From positions 2,193-66,192 of the forward strand of contig CAYWKD010000019.1 in the NCBI GenBank assembly GCA_964458705.1: DNA of 64,000 bases. The letters run 5' to 3'. Shown here piece after piece: positions 8,071 through 17,670 of the stretch. The translations under genes and the position numbers were made by a program. Positions within the stretch are counted from its first letter, which is position 1. Each line of letters opens with the position of its first letter. The stretch is from an uncultured Saprospiraceae bacterium (lineage in GTDB: Bacteria > Bacteroidota > Bacteroidia > Chitinophagales > Saprospiraceae). The notes beneath the pieces were generated by a model. That model was given only the letters and a program-made list of their open reading frames with translations, searched no databases and was not told where the DNA came from.

Positions 8071-11000
8071 ATGCCAACACGTCAGCAATATAACGAGGTA
8101 TTTTTAAAAGAATTAGAGCGATTGAATACTGCTCAGCGTAAGGCAGTTGAGCAAATTGATGGCCCTGTATTAGTCATTGCCGGTCCTGGTACAGGAAAAA
8201 CGCATATTCTTTCGGCGCGCATCGGTCGTATTTTAATGGACACTGATACGCAGCCTTACAATATCTTGTGCTTGACCTTCACCGATGCTGGCGTTCGTGC
8301 AATGCGAGAACGATTGTTACAATTCATCGGTCCGGAAGCGCATCGGGTACATATCTATACGTTTCATTCTTTTTGTAACAATATCATTCAGGATAATCCC
8401 GCCTACTTCGGAGCGAATGCACTTGAGCCGATCAGTGAATTAGAGCAGATAGAATTGATGCAGGAGTTAATTGATGGACTAAATGCACTGCATCCTTTAA
8501 AGCGAGGACGCAACAATCCTTACTTTTATCTGCGCCACCTCAAAGACTTGTTTCAGTTGATGAAACGAGAGCACTGGTCTGTGCAGCACATTGAGGCACA
8601 AGTAAAAACTTTTCTAAGCGACTTACCCAATCGAAAAGAATTTATCTATCAAGTCAGTCGAGGAAAGTTCAAAAAAGGTATGCTTAAAAAAGCCAAGGTA
8701 GAAGAAACTCAACATCGAATGCTGCAACTAGTGGAAGCTGCAAAGTTATTCCCAAAGTATTTGAGGAAGATGAAAAAAGCACGTCGCTACGATTACGACG
8801 ACATGATTCTATGGGTGCTCAAGGCTTTTGAACACAACGAAGCGCTGCTGCGAAGGTATCAAGAACAGTACTTATACTTTTTGGTGGATGAGTATCAAGA
8901 CACCAATGGTGCACAAAATGAAGTGCTACAGCGCTTAATGGATTTTTGGAACACTCCCAATGTCTTTATCGTAGGGGATGACGATCAGTCTATTTATGAA
9001 TTTCAAGGTGCGCGACTCAAAAACATTCGAGACTTTCATGATCGCTACGAGCAAGAGGTGGAATTAGTAATTTTGACGGATAATTATCGTTCTACACAAT
9101 CTATTTTAGATACTGCTTCCAGTCTGATTGAACATAACGAAAAACGCTTGCTGACTAGTTTGAGTAACTTAGGTTTGCAGAAAAGATTAGTTGCTAATCA
9201 TCAGACTTTTGCACAGCTCACGGTACATCCACAAATCATTGAATATCCCAATCGCTTGCAAGAAGATGTTGCCATTGTACAGCAAATTGAGCAGCTCTGG
9301 CGGCAGGGCTTTCCATTAGAAGAAATAGCCGTTATTTATGCACAGCATCGGCAAGTGGACAATATGTTGACTTTACTGGAGAAAAAAGGTATTCCATACA
9401 ACGTAAAGCGCAGAGTGAACATTTTGGACGAACCACTAATCTGGAATCTTCGATTATTGTTGGAGTATATTGCCGCAGAGTATGAGCAGCCCTATCAAGG
9501 CGAACATCTACTGTATCAACTGCTCCATATTGATTTTATTGGTATTGATGCTAGAGATATAGGAATTTTGAGTCAGTATTTAGCTAAAAAATACGATGAA
9601 ACTTGGCGCAATTGCATTTTCGAATTACCTAAAGAGCTATTTATTCATCAACCAAAAAAGCTGCAAGCATTTACTGATTTCTTGCGGCGTGTCATTCAGG
9701 ATTATCAGAACTTTCCACTCCCCATGTTGCTAGAGCGTATTTTGAATCGCTCTGGATTGTTGCAGTTCGTTTTGAAACAAGAAGAAAAAGCTTGGCTTAC
9801 ACAAGTCATCAAAACCTTCTTTGATTTTGTGAAAGAGGAAGCTCATCGAAGCCCTCAGTTGACAATCAGACAACTTTTAGCAATACTCAAAAACATGGAA
9901 GACAATCGCCTGCGATTAGAAGTTAGTAAAATGACTGTTGCCAAAGCAGGTGTGAATTTACTAACAGCTCATGGCTCAAAGGGACTGGAGTTTGAAAAAG
10001 TTTTTCTGATTGATTGCGTGAAAGACTACTGGGAGCCTCGCCGAAGGAGTGGTAGTTATAATTTTATACTGCCAGACACTTTGACTTACAGCGGCGAAGA
10101 AGATGTGATGGAAGCACGACGCAGACTGTTTTATGTAAGCATGACTAGAGCAAAAGCGCAGTTGCACATCTCTTATGCCAAAGACGATCAGCGAGAGAAA
10201 CCACTTCAAAGAGCAGTTTTCATAGATGAAATTCTGACTACCGCTGGCGAGAATGCTATCGTGGAAGTGCAAGAACAAAGCGTAGCGGAAAAGGATGTGC
10301 TTGCTGCTCAAACGCTCTTACTTTTTGAAATGGAGCAGCCTATCATTAAACCATTAAACGAGGACGTCATTCGCTATTTACTGGAAGATTTCAGATTGAG
10401 TGTTTCGAGTTTAAATGTATTTCTGCGCTGTCCACTGAGCTTTTTTTACGGATATGTCTTGCGTGTGCCAACTCTAATGAGTGAAGCTGCCAGCTATGGC
10501 GAAGCTATGCACAAGACTTTTCAGCGTGCTTATGAAGTGATGTTGAGTAGAAAAAATAAAATGTTCCCAGCTCGCAACCAGTTCTTGCGGTTCTTTGAGG
10601 AAGAAATGCAATATCTGAGGCCCAATTTCTCACCAGCAACGTTCAAGCGGAAATTGGAAGCAGGCAAGCAAAACCTTTTGTACTATCATCAAAACCACCT
10701 TAAAAAGTGGGAGAAAGCAGCAAAAGTTGAATTTAACATCCGCCATGTAGAAGTAGTAGGTATTCCAATGACGGGAACAATTGATAAAATTGAGTTTGTT
10801 GGACTTAATGAAGTACGGATTGTGGATTACAAAACAGGTCGGGCAGATGAAAGTAAACTCAGCCCAAAATCGAAAAAACTACCTAATGGTGGCAGCTACT
10901 ATCGCCAACTCTTATTTTACAAACTGCTCTACGAAAATCTTCGCCCCACTAACAGTCCCGCTAAAACAGGAACAGTTATTTTTCTTGATCCCACGCCACG

Positions 11001-11208
11001 AGGGCAATATCTACAAAAAACTATTTCACTAGAAGATAAAGACGTCCAGTTTATGAAAGAAATCCTTAGCGATACTTACGAGAAAATTCAATCCCACCAA
11101 TTCTATCAGGGCTGCGGAGAAAAGAACTGCGTATGGTGCAACTTTGTCAAAAAAAACAAATTAGTAGATAGTTTGTCGGATGCAAGCGTAGAGGATCTGG
11201 ATGATTGA
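8071..11208 (+). CDS. UvrD/Rep-family helicase fused to a PD-(D/E)XK (RecB/Cas4-like) nuclease
   Basis: 1045 aa. The helicase part has Walker A GPGTGKT and motif II DEYQDTN. The C-terminal nuclease has motifs GTIDKIEF...VRIVDYKTG and RQLLFYKLL (QxxxY), flanked by four Cys (RCPLSFF and CGEKNCVWC). Confidence 0.85.
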   Translation: MPTRQQYNEVFLKELERLNTAQRKAVEQIDGPVLVIAGPGTGKTHILSARIGRILMDTDTQPYNILCLTFTDAGVRAMRERLLQFIGPEAHRVHIYTFHSFCNNIIQDNPAYFGANALEPISELEQIELMQELIDGLNALHPLKRGRNNPYFYLRHLKDLFQLMKREHWSVQHIEAQVKTFLSDLPNRKEFIYQVSRGKFKKGMLKKAKVEETQHRMLQLVEAAKLFPKYLRKMKKARRYDYDDMILWVLKAFEHNEALLRRYQEQYLYFLVDEYQDTNGAQNEVLQRLMDFWNTPNVFIVGDDDQSIYEFQGARLKNIRDFHDRYEQEVELVILTDNYRSTQSILDTASSLIEHNEKRLLTSLSNLGLQKRLVANHQTFAQLTVHPQIIEYPNRLQEDVAIVQQIEQLWRQGFPLEEIAVIYAQHRQVDNMLTLLEKKGIPYNVKRRVNILDEPLIWNLRLLLEYIAAEYEQPYQGEHLLYQLLHIDFIGIDARDIGILSQYLAKKYDETWRNCIFELPKELFIHQPKKLQAFTDFLRRVIQDYQNFPLPMLLERILNRSGLLQFVLKQEEKAWLTQVIKTFFDFVKEEAHRSPQLTIRQLLAILKNMEDNRLRLEVSKMTVAKAGVNLLTAHGSKGLEFEKVFLIDCVKDYWEPRRRSGSYNFILPDTLTYSGEEDVMEARRRLFYVSMTRAKAQLHISYAKDDQREKPLQRAVFIDEILTTAGENAIVEVQEQSVAEKDVLAAQTLLLFEMEQPIIKPLNEDVIRYLLEDFRLSVSSLNVFLRCPLSFFYGYVLRVPTLMSEAASYGEAMHKTFQRAYEVMLSRKNKMFPARNQFLRFFEEEMQYLRPNFSPATFKRKLEAGKQNLLYYHQNHLKKWEKAAKVEFNIRHVEVVGIPMTGTIDKIEFVGLNEVRIVDYKTGRADESKLSPKSKKLPNGGSYYRQLLFYKLLYENLRPTNSPAKTGTVIFLDPTPRGQYLQKTISLEDKDVQFMKEILSDTYEKIQSHQFYQGCGEKNCVWCNFVKKNKLVDSLSDASVEDLDD

Positions 11209-11260
11209 GTCAAATTTGGTGCAAGCGTTTAATTCAAAGCGTGCAACGGAACAATAAAAA

Positions 11261-11737
11261 ATGAAAACACATCACTATCAAATACAGGTCAGTTGGGTAG
11301 GTAATCAAGGCGAAGGTACTGCCAATTATAGAGCATATAGTCGCAATCATGACATAATAGCTGCGAAGAAGACTCTGTCCATTCCCGCTTCCGCTGATCC
11401 CGCCTTTCTTGGAGATAAAACTCGCTACAACCCCGAAGAGTTGTTCTTGTCCTCCCTCTCTGCTTGTCATATGCTTTGGTATCTACACCTTTGTTCCGTC
11501 AATACGATCGTAGTAACTCACTATGAAGATAGTGCCATCGGCAGAATGGAGGAAGCAAAAGATGGTAGTGGCAAATTCACATCCGTTATGCTCCGCCCAA
11601 GCATCACTATTAAAGATGCTGCAAAGCTAGAATTAGCTCATTCTTTACACCACGAAGCTAATAAGATGTGCTTTATTGCCAATTCGTGTAACTTTTCAGT
11701 CAAGCATGAACCAAGAATAATAGCTCTCAACTATTGA
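11261..11737 (+). CDS. OsmC family protein
   Basis: 158-aa ORF with OsmC/Ohr-like layout and two Cys-containing segments (LSACHMLWY and FIANSC). Confidence 0.8.
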   Translation: MKTHHYQIQVSWVGNQGEGTANYRAYSRNHDIIAAKKTLSIPASADPAFLGDKTRYNPEELFLSSLSACHMLWYLHLCSVNTIVVTHYEDSAIGRMEEAKDGSGKFTSVMLRPSITIKDAAKLELAHSLHHEANKMCFIANSCNFSVKHEPRIIALNY

Positions 11738-11764
11738 TAGAAGAAAAGTTTTTTATGCTGAGTC

Positions 11765-13255
11765 TTACTGTATTTTTCCCATCCACTTTTTAGTGAAAGG
11801 ACTGATAATCAAGAAAATAACACCTGCTCCAGCAGCCAACCAAACGACAGATAGGAATAAGTCTGGCATTTGTTGTACGTTTTCTGGATCAAAATTTCCA
11901 GCAAAAAGCCCTGCGATCAAATTCCCTAAAGCCGTTGCGACAAACCATATCCCCATCATTTGGCTGTAATATTTCTTAGGGGCTAATTTGGTGGTTGCAC
12001 TCAGTCCAACTGGGCTCAGCGTCAATTCTCCAATAGAATGCAAGAAATAAGTTAAGATTAACCAGAACATACCTGCTTTGCCACCTTCAGTTACAATTCT
12101 TGCTGCGAATACCATCGCAAAGAAACCTGCTGCAAGGAGTATCAATCCGAAAGCAAATTTGAGCGGTGTGGAAGGATTCAAATTGCGCTTAGCTAAATTG
12201 ACCCAAAGCGTTCCAATAATTGGTGCAAAAATAATGACCATCAATGGGTTTACCATCTGTAACCAACCGGTTGGCATCTCCCATCCAAAAATGAAACGAT
12301 CCGTATAATCACGACCGAATAAGTTAAGCGAAGAACCCGCCTGTTCAAATCCTGACCAAAAGACGGCTGCACCTATAAATAAGAGAAATATAATGGCAAC
12401 TTTCTTTTTCTCTTCATCGGTGAGTCCACCAGCCACTAATATATAAGTAAAATAAGCAACTGCAATTGCTACGATTATGACGCCCGTTGCCTGAGCTAAC
12501 CCTACGGCATTGCTTAAGTCAACCTGACCTGTTAGCTGCAATACAGCAATCGTTCCAATTAAGGCTAGCGTAAGACCAATCGCCATAATTGGGTTGCCCT
12601 TCTCTGTACTTTTCTCTTCTTTAGCTTTTGGAGTTAGACCGATTTCACCTAAATTCTTTTGCGTCAATCTATACTGCACCAAACCTATTAACATACCTAT
12701 TGCAGCGAATCCAAACCCTAAGTGCCAATTAACTTTTTCGCCTAGATAAGGCACAATTAGATAGCCTAAAAGTGAGCCTAAGTTGATTCCCATATAAAAG
12801 ACTGAAAATCCTGCGTCTCGTCTAGCTCCGCCTTCTGGATAAAGATCACCAACCATTGAGCTGATATTAGGTTTCAAGAATCCCGTTCCCAAAGCCACAA
12901 AAAGTAATCCGATGTAAAATACGCTCGGACTAGCCGGAATAGCTAAAATGGCATGACCAATCATAATTAAAATACCCCCGTACCATACTGCTTTTCTTTG
13001 TCCTAATATATTGTCTGCCAACCAACCTCCAGGCAAAGCAAATAGATAAACACCTGCTGCATATAAGCCATAAACTGCTCCAGCCGTTGCTACATCTAGT
13101 CCCATTCCCTCTTGAGCAACTTCCGTTGTCATAAACAAAATCAGAATAGCTCTCATGCCATAGTAGCTCAATCGTTCCCACATTTCGGTAAAGAAAAGTG
13201 TTGCCAGTCCATTTGGATGCCCTAGAAATCCTTTTGATGCAGTCATTCGTTCCAT
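11765..13255 (-). CDS. proton-dependent oligopeptide transporter (POT/PTR2 family)
   Basis: 496 aa, polytopic, with the PTR2 signature EMWERLSYYGMRA (ExxERFxYYG). Confidence 0.9.
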   Translation of the reverse strand: MERMTASKGFLGHPNGLATLFFTEMWERLSYYGMRAILILFMTTEVAQEGMGLDVATAGAVYGLYAAGVYLFALPGGWLADNILGQRKAVWYGGILIMIGHAILAIPASPSVFYIGLLFVALGTGFLKPNISSMVGDLYPEGGARRDAGFSVFYMGINLGSLLGYLIVPYLGEKVNWHLGFGFAAIGMLIGLVQYRLTQKNLGEIGLTPKAKEEKSTEKGNPIMAIGLTLALIGTIAVLQLTGQVDLSNAVGLAQATGVIIVAIAVAYFTYILVAGGLTDEEKKKVAIIFLLFIGAAVFWSGFEQAGSSLNLFGRDYTDRFIFGWEMPTGWLQMVNPLMVIIFAPIIGTLWVNLAKRNLNPSTPLKFAFGLILLAAGFFAMVFAARIVTEGGKAGMFWLILTYFLHSIGELTLSPVGLSATTKLAPKKYYSQMMGIWFVATALGNLIAGLFAGNFDPENVQQMPDLFLSVVWLAAGAGVIFLIISPFTKKWMGKIQ

Positions 13256-13588
13256 TTTTTATAAAGTGAACCAAATTTAGTAGAATTTGCGAGTATTTAA
13301 ACAAAACTGCATGCTCTTTTCAAACCACAGCCCCCTTTTTTAGGTCATTATATACCGTTCACCAATTAGTAGGTATAAAATTCCCGTTCACAAACGAATC
13401 CTACCGAATGCTAATAGCCCATTGGCTTATCTATATATTGGTTTTATATTGCAACTGTATTTAAAGATGATTCAGAGACTAAAGATTTTACATCGTCATC
13501 TTTTTACCATAATTGGAGGAGCAATTATACAATATGCTCTAGCAACACAACACACAATTTAAAAACATCTTAAAAGTAGTACAACATT

Positions 13589-16500
13589 ATGAAGGTATTT
13601 CGACGCCTTGCTGCCGAGATAGCCATGCTATTTCTATGCTTTACCATTCAAGCCCAACAAAGTGTTGCTGGCAATTTAATTACAGAGAAGTTATTTACAG
13701 AAGCTACCACAGACGCTGAAATTTTGAAAACGTATGTCCGATCGGCTACTTTTCTAACGCTCGATCGACTGAAGTTAAAGAAACTTTACTTAGAAAGCCC
13801 TAGTCACTTTCGATTACAAATTCCAACGGAGTCTGGGCAATTACTTGAGTTAGAACTATTCAAACAAGAAATTCTATCAGATGATTTTTACTTGGACGAT
13901 CAAGACGGGGATGTAAAATTATACGAACCGGGTGCTTACTATCATGGCTATTTGGTGAATGATCCCAAATCCATAGCAGCGATCAGTTTATTTGATGATA
14001 AGGTGTATGGTCTTATTTCAGTAAATGGCAAGACCCTCGTTTTGGGACATCAACATCAGGATCGCTTTCCAGCAGGAAATGATTATATCTTATACGATAA
14101 GTCCGATCTACTCATCGAAAATAGCTTCAAATGTGGTACAGATGAACTCCCTGAAATTGAGGAAAATCATCCAGAAGAACAAGACGTTGAAATGATGAAC
14201 ACCACCTGTAAAGTGGTAGAAGTTTATTTTGAGGCAGACCATCGTATGTACAAAGACAATGGTAGTAATGAGGCAGAAACAATGGATTTTGTGAGTGCTA
14301 TGTTTAATGTAGTAGCACTTTTATATGCCAATGAAAGCATTGTTGTAAAAATATCGAAAACAAGGGTTTGGACAACTCAAGATAATTATCCTTCTAATTC
14401 CTCCACTGCTGCGCTTTATTCCTTTAGAAGTAGGCTAGGCGGACAGTTTGATGGAAACATTGCTCAATTGCTTTCCACTGTTCCTGCCAACAACGGTGGG
14501 GTAGCTTATGTAGGTGTACTTTGTGCTAAAAACTACGGCGTTTCTTACGCTAATATTCGCAATAACTTTAAAGAATTTCCAACCTATTCATGGACTATTG
14601 AAGTGGTTACTCATGAATTGGGACATAATTTTGGCTCTCCACATACGCAAAGCTGCGACTGGCCAGGTGGACCGATTGACGGTTGTGTGCCATCGGAAGG
14701 GGGCTGTCAAAGAGGGCCTGCTCCAAATGGTGGTGGTACAATTATGAGTTATTGCCATCTGACAAGCTATGGTATTGACTTTCAAAAAGGCTTCGGACCG
14801 CTACCCGGCAATTTAATCCGTTCAAAATATCAGAGTGCCTCTTGTCTTTCAACCGTTGAAGGAGAGGACTGTGGCAATGGGGGCGGTGATGACGGAGGTG
14901 GCGGTGATGGTGGCAGAGAACCGAATCTAACAAGAGTGTCAGACAATATCTCTGTTACAGGACTCACGGCACTTCCCAACATTATCATCAAAAATAAAGG
15001 CGAAGGACGCTCCACCGCTTGTTTAATTTCATTTTATATCTCTATTGATAATAGTTTTTCTGCTGCCGATTATTTTGTTAAAAGCCTTCCTATTCCGAGT
15101 TTGATGCGTGGAGAAACTTTTGGAGTATCCGCCGAACTAGCACTTGGACAGTTGGACGTTCCTGCGGGTAATTATTACTTGGGCTATATTATTGACAGCG
15201 AGAATGAAGTGCAGGAGTCTATTGAATCAGATAATACTTGGTACTGGATTAATCCTCGATTTCCTTTAACTGGAAATGATGGCGGCGGAGATGACGGCAG
15301 TGGAGATGATAATAACGATGATTATTGCCAATCGGCTGGCGATGATGTCAAATACGAGTGGATTGCTAGAATAGCCATCGGTGAAATAGATAATGAAAGT
15401 CAGCGAAATGGAGGTTATGGCAATTTTACGAATATTTCTACCTCATTGGAGCGAGGCAGCACGCCCTCTATTAGACTAACACCAGGCTTTAGAAGTCAGC
15501 AGTACAAAGAGAAATGGATGGTGTGGATTGACTTCAATAAGGATAAAGACTTTGATGATGCAAATGAACTCGTTTATCAAAGCGAACCTTCTGCTGAGCA
15601 GGTAACAGGAAGACTGAGTATTCCAGGCAATGCGCCAGAAGGGAAAACAAGAATGCGTGTGAGTATGAAATGGTTTGATGAAGACGAAGCTGCACAAGGT
15701 GCTTGTAGCTCTTTTGGATATGGCGAAGTAGAAGATTATGAGGTTGAAATTGTGGGAGATGTAACGGCATTCTGTGCCATCAATAGCGTGGTGCCAGCCG
15801 ATCAAACTATTTGTGATTTATTGACTACAACTTATGAGCAGTCTATTCGCATTGCCTACACTGGCGAACCGAGTAGCATCGTAGCAACAATTGATGCAGC
15901 AGAATATACTTTTGAAGCCACAGGCAGTCCGCAACACATAACCATTGAAAATTTAGTTGCCGATGGTAACCCTGTGGATGTTAAAATTACACTTGCCTCG
16001 GAGGAAGGTTGCTCTGCCACAGAGGAGTTTCAGCGATTCTTCATTGCACCAGAGCCATGCGAAGCCACCTGCGAAGTTCCTGTCCCACTTGGCGTAGAGG
16101 TAGTTCAGAATGGCGGAATTTTGATTCAATGGGATAGCGTGCAACTTTCAGAATACTATCAAGTGCGCTATCGGGCAGCCGGAGAAAATGAATGGCAGTT
16201 TCAAACAGCTAGAGCAACATCCTATGAAGTAAAAGATGTAAATGAAAATAGCACTTATGAATATCAAATCAGAGCTAACTGCAATGACTTGGGCTGGTCA
16301 GATTGGTCGGATACCTATGTTTTTGTTACCTCAGGTGCTTGTGGCATTCCTGCATTGCGTTCCGTAGATGTGGTAAGCCCAACAGAAGTAAAAGTCCAGT
16401 GGTATCCACTGCCTAGAGCCAATGAATACCGCATTAGATATAGAGCTACTGGCACCACTAGTTGGATGGTTAAAAATGTGAGTATCACTACTGTAAGTTT

Positions 16501-16879
16501 AACAGGACTTACTCAAGGCGCAGCCTATGAATATCAGCTCTCTGCAAAATGTGGCGTAAGTTGGTCTGGATGGTCTTCTATTTATATTTTTATGACTACA
16601 GGAGGATTACCCGATGGTTTGTCATCCCTCAGTCAGTCGAATCCATCACAGATAGAACTCTATCCAAACCCTGCTAGTAACTGGTTGTCTATTCAACTGA
16701 AGGAAGCTCAAACTACGGCAGTCAGCATACAAAATATCAATGGACGAGTTATCAAACAACTTTATATCTATGATAATCCAAATCGAATAGACATATCGAA
16801 TCTGCAAAGAGGGGTTTACTTTGTAAGCATTCAGCAGCTCGATGGCATCATTCAAACTCAGCGATTCATTAAGCAATAG
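13589..16879 (+). CDS. secreted multidomain zinc metalloprotease (reprolysin/M12B-like) with T9SS C-terminal sorting domain
   Basis: 1096 aa with a signal peptide. It has the metzincin motif HELGHNFGSPH (nt 14612-14644) and a Met-turn TIMSY. A CARDB-like region and a GEVED motif (YGEVEDYEV, nt 15722) are present. Two fibronectin-III-like repeats span about 16070-16600. The C-terminal Por/T9SS sorting domain is ELYPNPASNWLSIQL...GVYFVSI. Confidence 0.85.
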   Translation: MKVFRRLAAEIAMLFLCFTIQAQQSVAGNLITEKLFTEATTDAEILKTYVRSATFLTLDRLKLKKLYLESPSHFRLQIPTESGQLLELELFKQEILSDDFYLDDQDGDVKLYEPGAYYHGYLVNDPKSIAAISLFDDKVYGLISVNGKTLVLGHQHQDRFPAGNDYILYDKSDLLIENSFKCGTDELPEIEENHPEEQDVEMMNTTCKVVEVYFEADHRMYKDNGSNEAETMDFVSAMFNVVALLYANESIVVKISKTRVWTTQDNYPSNSSTAALYSFRSRLGGQFDGNIAQLLSTVPANNGGVAYVGVLCAKNYGVSYANIRNNFKEFPTYSWTIEVVTHELGHNFGSPHTQSCDWPGGPIDGCVPSEGGCQRGPAPNGGGTIMSYCHLTSYGIDFQKGFGPLPGNLIRSKYQSASCLSTVEGEDCGNGGGDDGGGGDGGREPNLTRVSDNISVTGLTALPNIIIKNKGEGRSTACLISFYISIDNSFSAADYFVKSLPIPSLMRGETFGVSAELALGQLDVPAGNYYLGYIIDSENEVQESIESDNTWYWINPRFPLTGNDGGGDDGSGDDNNDDYCQSAGDDVKYEWIARIAIGEIDNESQRNGGYGNFTNISTSLERGSTPSIRLTPGFRSQQYKEKWMVWIDFNKDKDFDDANELVYQSEPSAEQVTGRLSIPGNAPEGKTRMRVSMKWFDEDEAAQGACSSFGYGEVEDYEVEIVGDVTAFCAINSVVPADQTICDLLTTTYEQSIRIAYTGEPSSIVATIDAAEYTFEATGSPQHITIENLVADGNPVDVKITLASEEGCSATEEFQRFFIAPEPCEATCEVPVPLGVEVVQNGGILIQWDSVQLSEYYQVRYRAAGENEWQFQTARATSYEVKDVNENSTYEYQIRANCNDLGWSDWSDTYVFVTSGACGIPALRSVDVVSPTEVKVQWYPLPRANEYRIRYRATGTTSWMVKNVSITTVSLTGLTQGAAYEYQLSAKCGVSWSGWSSIYIFMTTGGLPDGLSSLSQSNPSQIELYPNPASNWLSIQLKEAQTTAVSIQNINGRVIKQLYIYDNPNRIDISNLQRGVYFVSIQQLDGIIQTQRFIKQ

Positions 16880-16929
16880 ACGATCATCGTCAACAATATA
16901 ACTACCCTATAGTTATTAGTCCCTTCTAG

Positions 16930-16962
16930 GAAGTGCTGTCAATGGCAGCACTTCTTTTTTTT
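16930..16962 (+). terminator. Rho-independent terminator after the metalloprotease gene
   Basis: Stem GAAGTGCTG (16930-16938) / CAGCACTTC (16946-16954), followed by T8. Confidence 0.75.
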
Positions 16963-17199
16963 CTCTTGTATAGGTTTCCTTTCCTCAGCCGCTAACGCCA
17001 AACTCATTAGGCTTTTCATTCGTCATTTAGGCATTGGAGCTATTAATTAAGTAGTTACCATTTATTTTACGATCAAACCTGATAAGGTTAGGTGCAACTC
17101 ATCAAAAATAAATATCTTTATGTTCAAAATCGTGTAAACGATTCTTACTTTTTTCTGTCTTAATAAAAGTGTAAAGACAAGAGGCGAATTTTTCCAATA

Positions 17200-17541
17200 A
17201 TGATACAATCTTTAAGGCACATTAATCTAGTTCATCCTATGACAAAAGTCCTTTCTTTGGGCTTTCTGTGCTTGCTACTATTGGTCATTATTAGTATCAA
17301 TAGCTACATAAATACACAATCAGTACAAAACAACGAGCAGCTAGAATTAGCCGATGATACCGAAAAAGAAGACAAAAAAGAAACCAATTTGGAACTAGAT
17401 GTAGATGATTTTATTCCAGTCCTCACGGTGTACTATTACGATACTAGAATTTTCACAGATTTATCAAAAGATGAGCCTAGCTATTGGATAAATTACTGCA
17501 TACATCCCAACCCTCCTCCTCCACAATTGCTTTACGCCTAA
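17200..17541 (+). CDS. hypothetical membrane-anchored protein
   Basis: 113-aa ORF with one hydrophobic helix (LSLGFLCLLLLVIISI), an acidic middle and a PNPPPPQ tail. No recognisable family, and the real start may be the internal MTKVL. Confidence 0.35.
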   Translation: MIQSLRHINLVHPMTKVLSLGFLCLLLLVIISINSYINTQSVQNNEQLELADDTEKEDKKETNLELDVDDFIPVLTVYYYDTRIFTDLSKDEPSYWINYCIHPNPPPPQLLYA

Positions 17542-17638
17542 ACGTATTATCCACTTCGTACATCCGATTATAAGGTCTGAATGACGAACTTGATTATGTA
17601 CCTACATTAGTCGGAAATAAAGCGCTCAGTAAAGCCAA

Positions 17639-17662
17639 ATTATATTCAACATTATATTCAAC
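17639..17662 (+). repeat. perfect 12-bp tandem duplication (ATTATATTCAAC x2)
   Basis: Read directly from the sequence. It ends 9 nt before the SulP start codon. Confidence 0.9.
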
Positions 17663-17670
17663 ATAAAAAG

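Noticed and set aside
14870-15320. GGTGATGA/GGCGG-rich repeats as a possible DNA-level repeat element.
   Set aside because: They are in frame within the metalloprotease gene and encode Gly/Asp-rich interdomain linkers. This is low-complexity coding sequence, not an independent repeat element.
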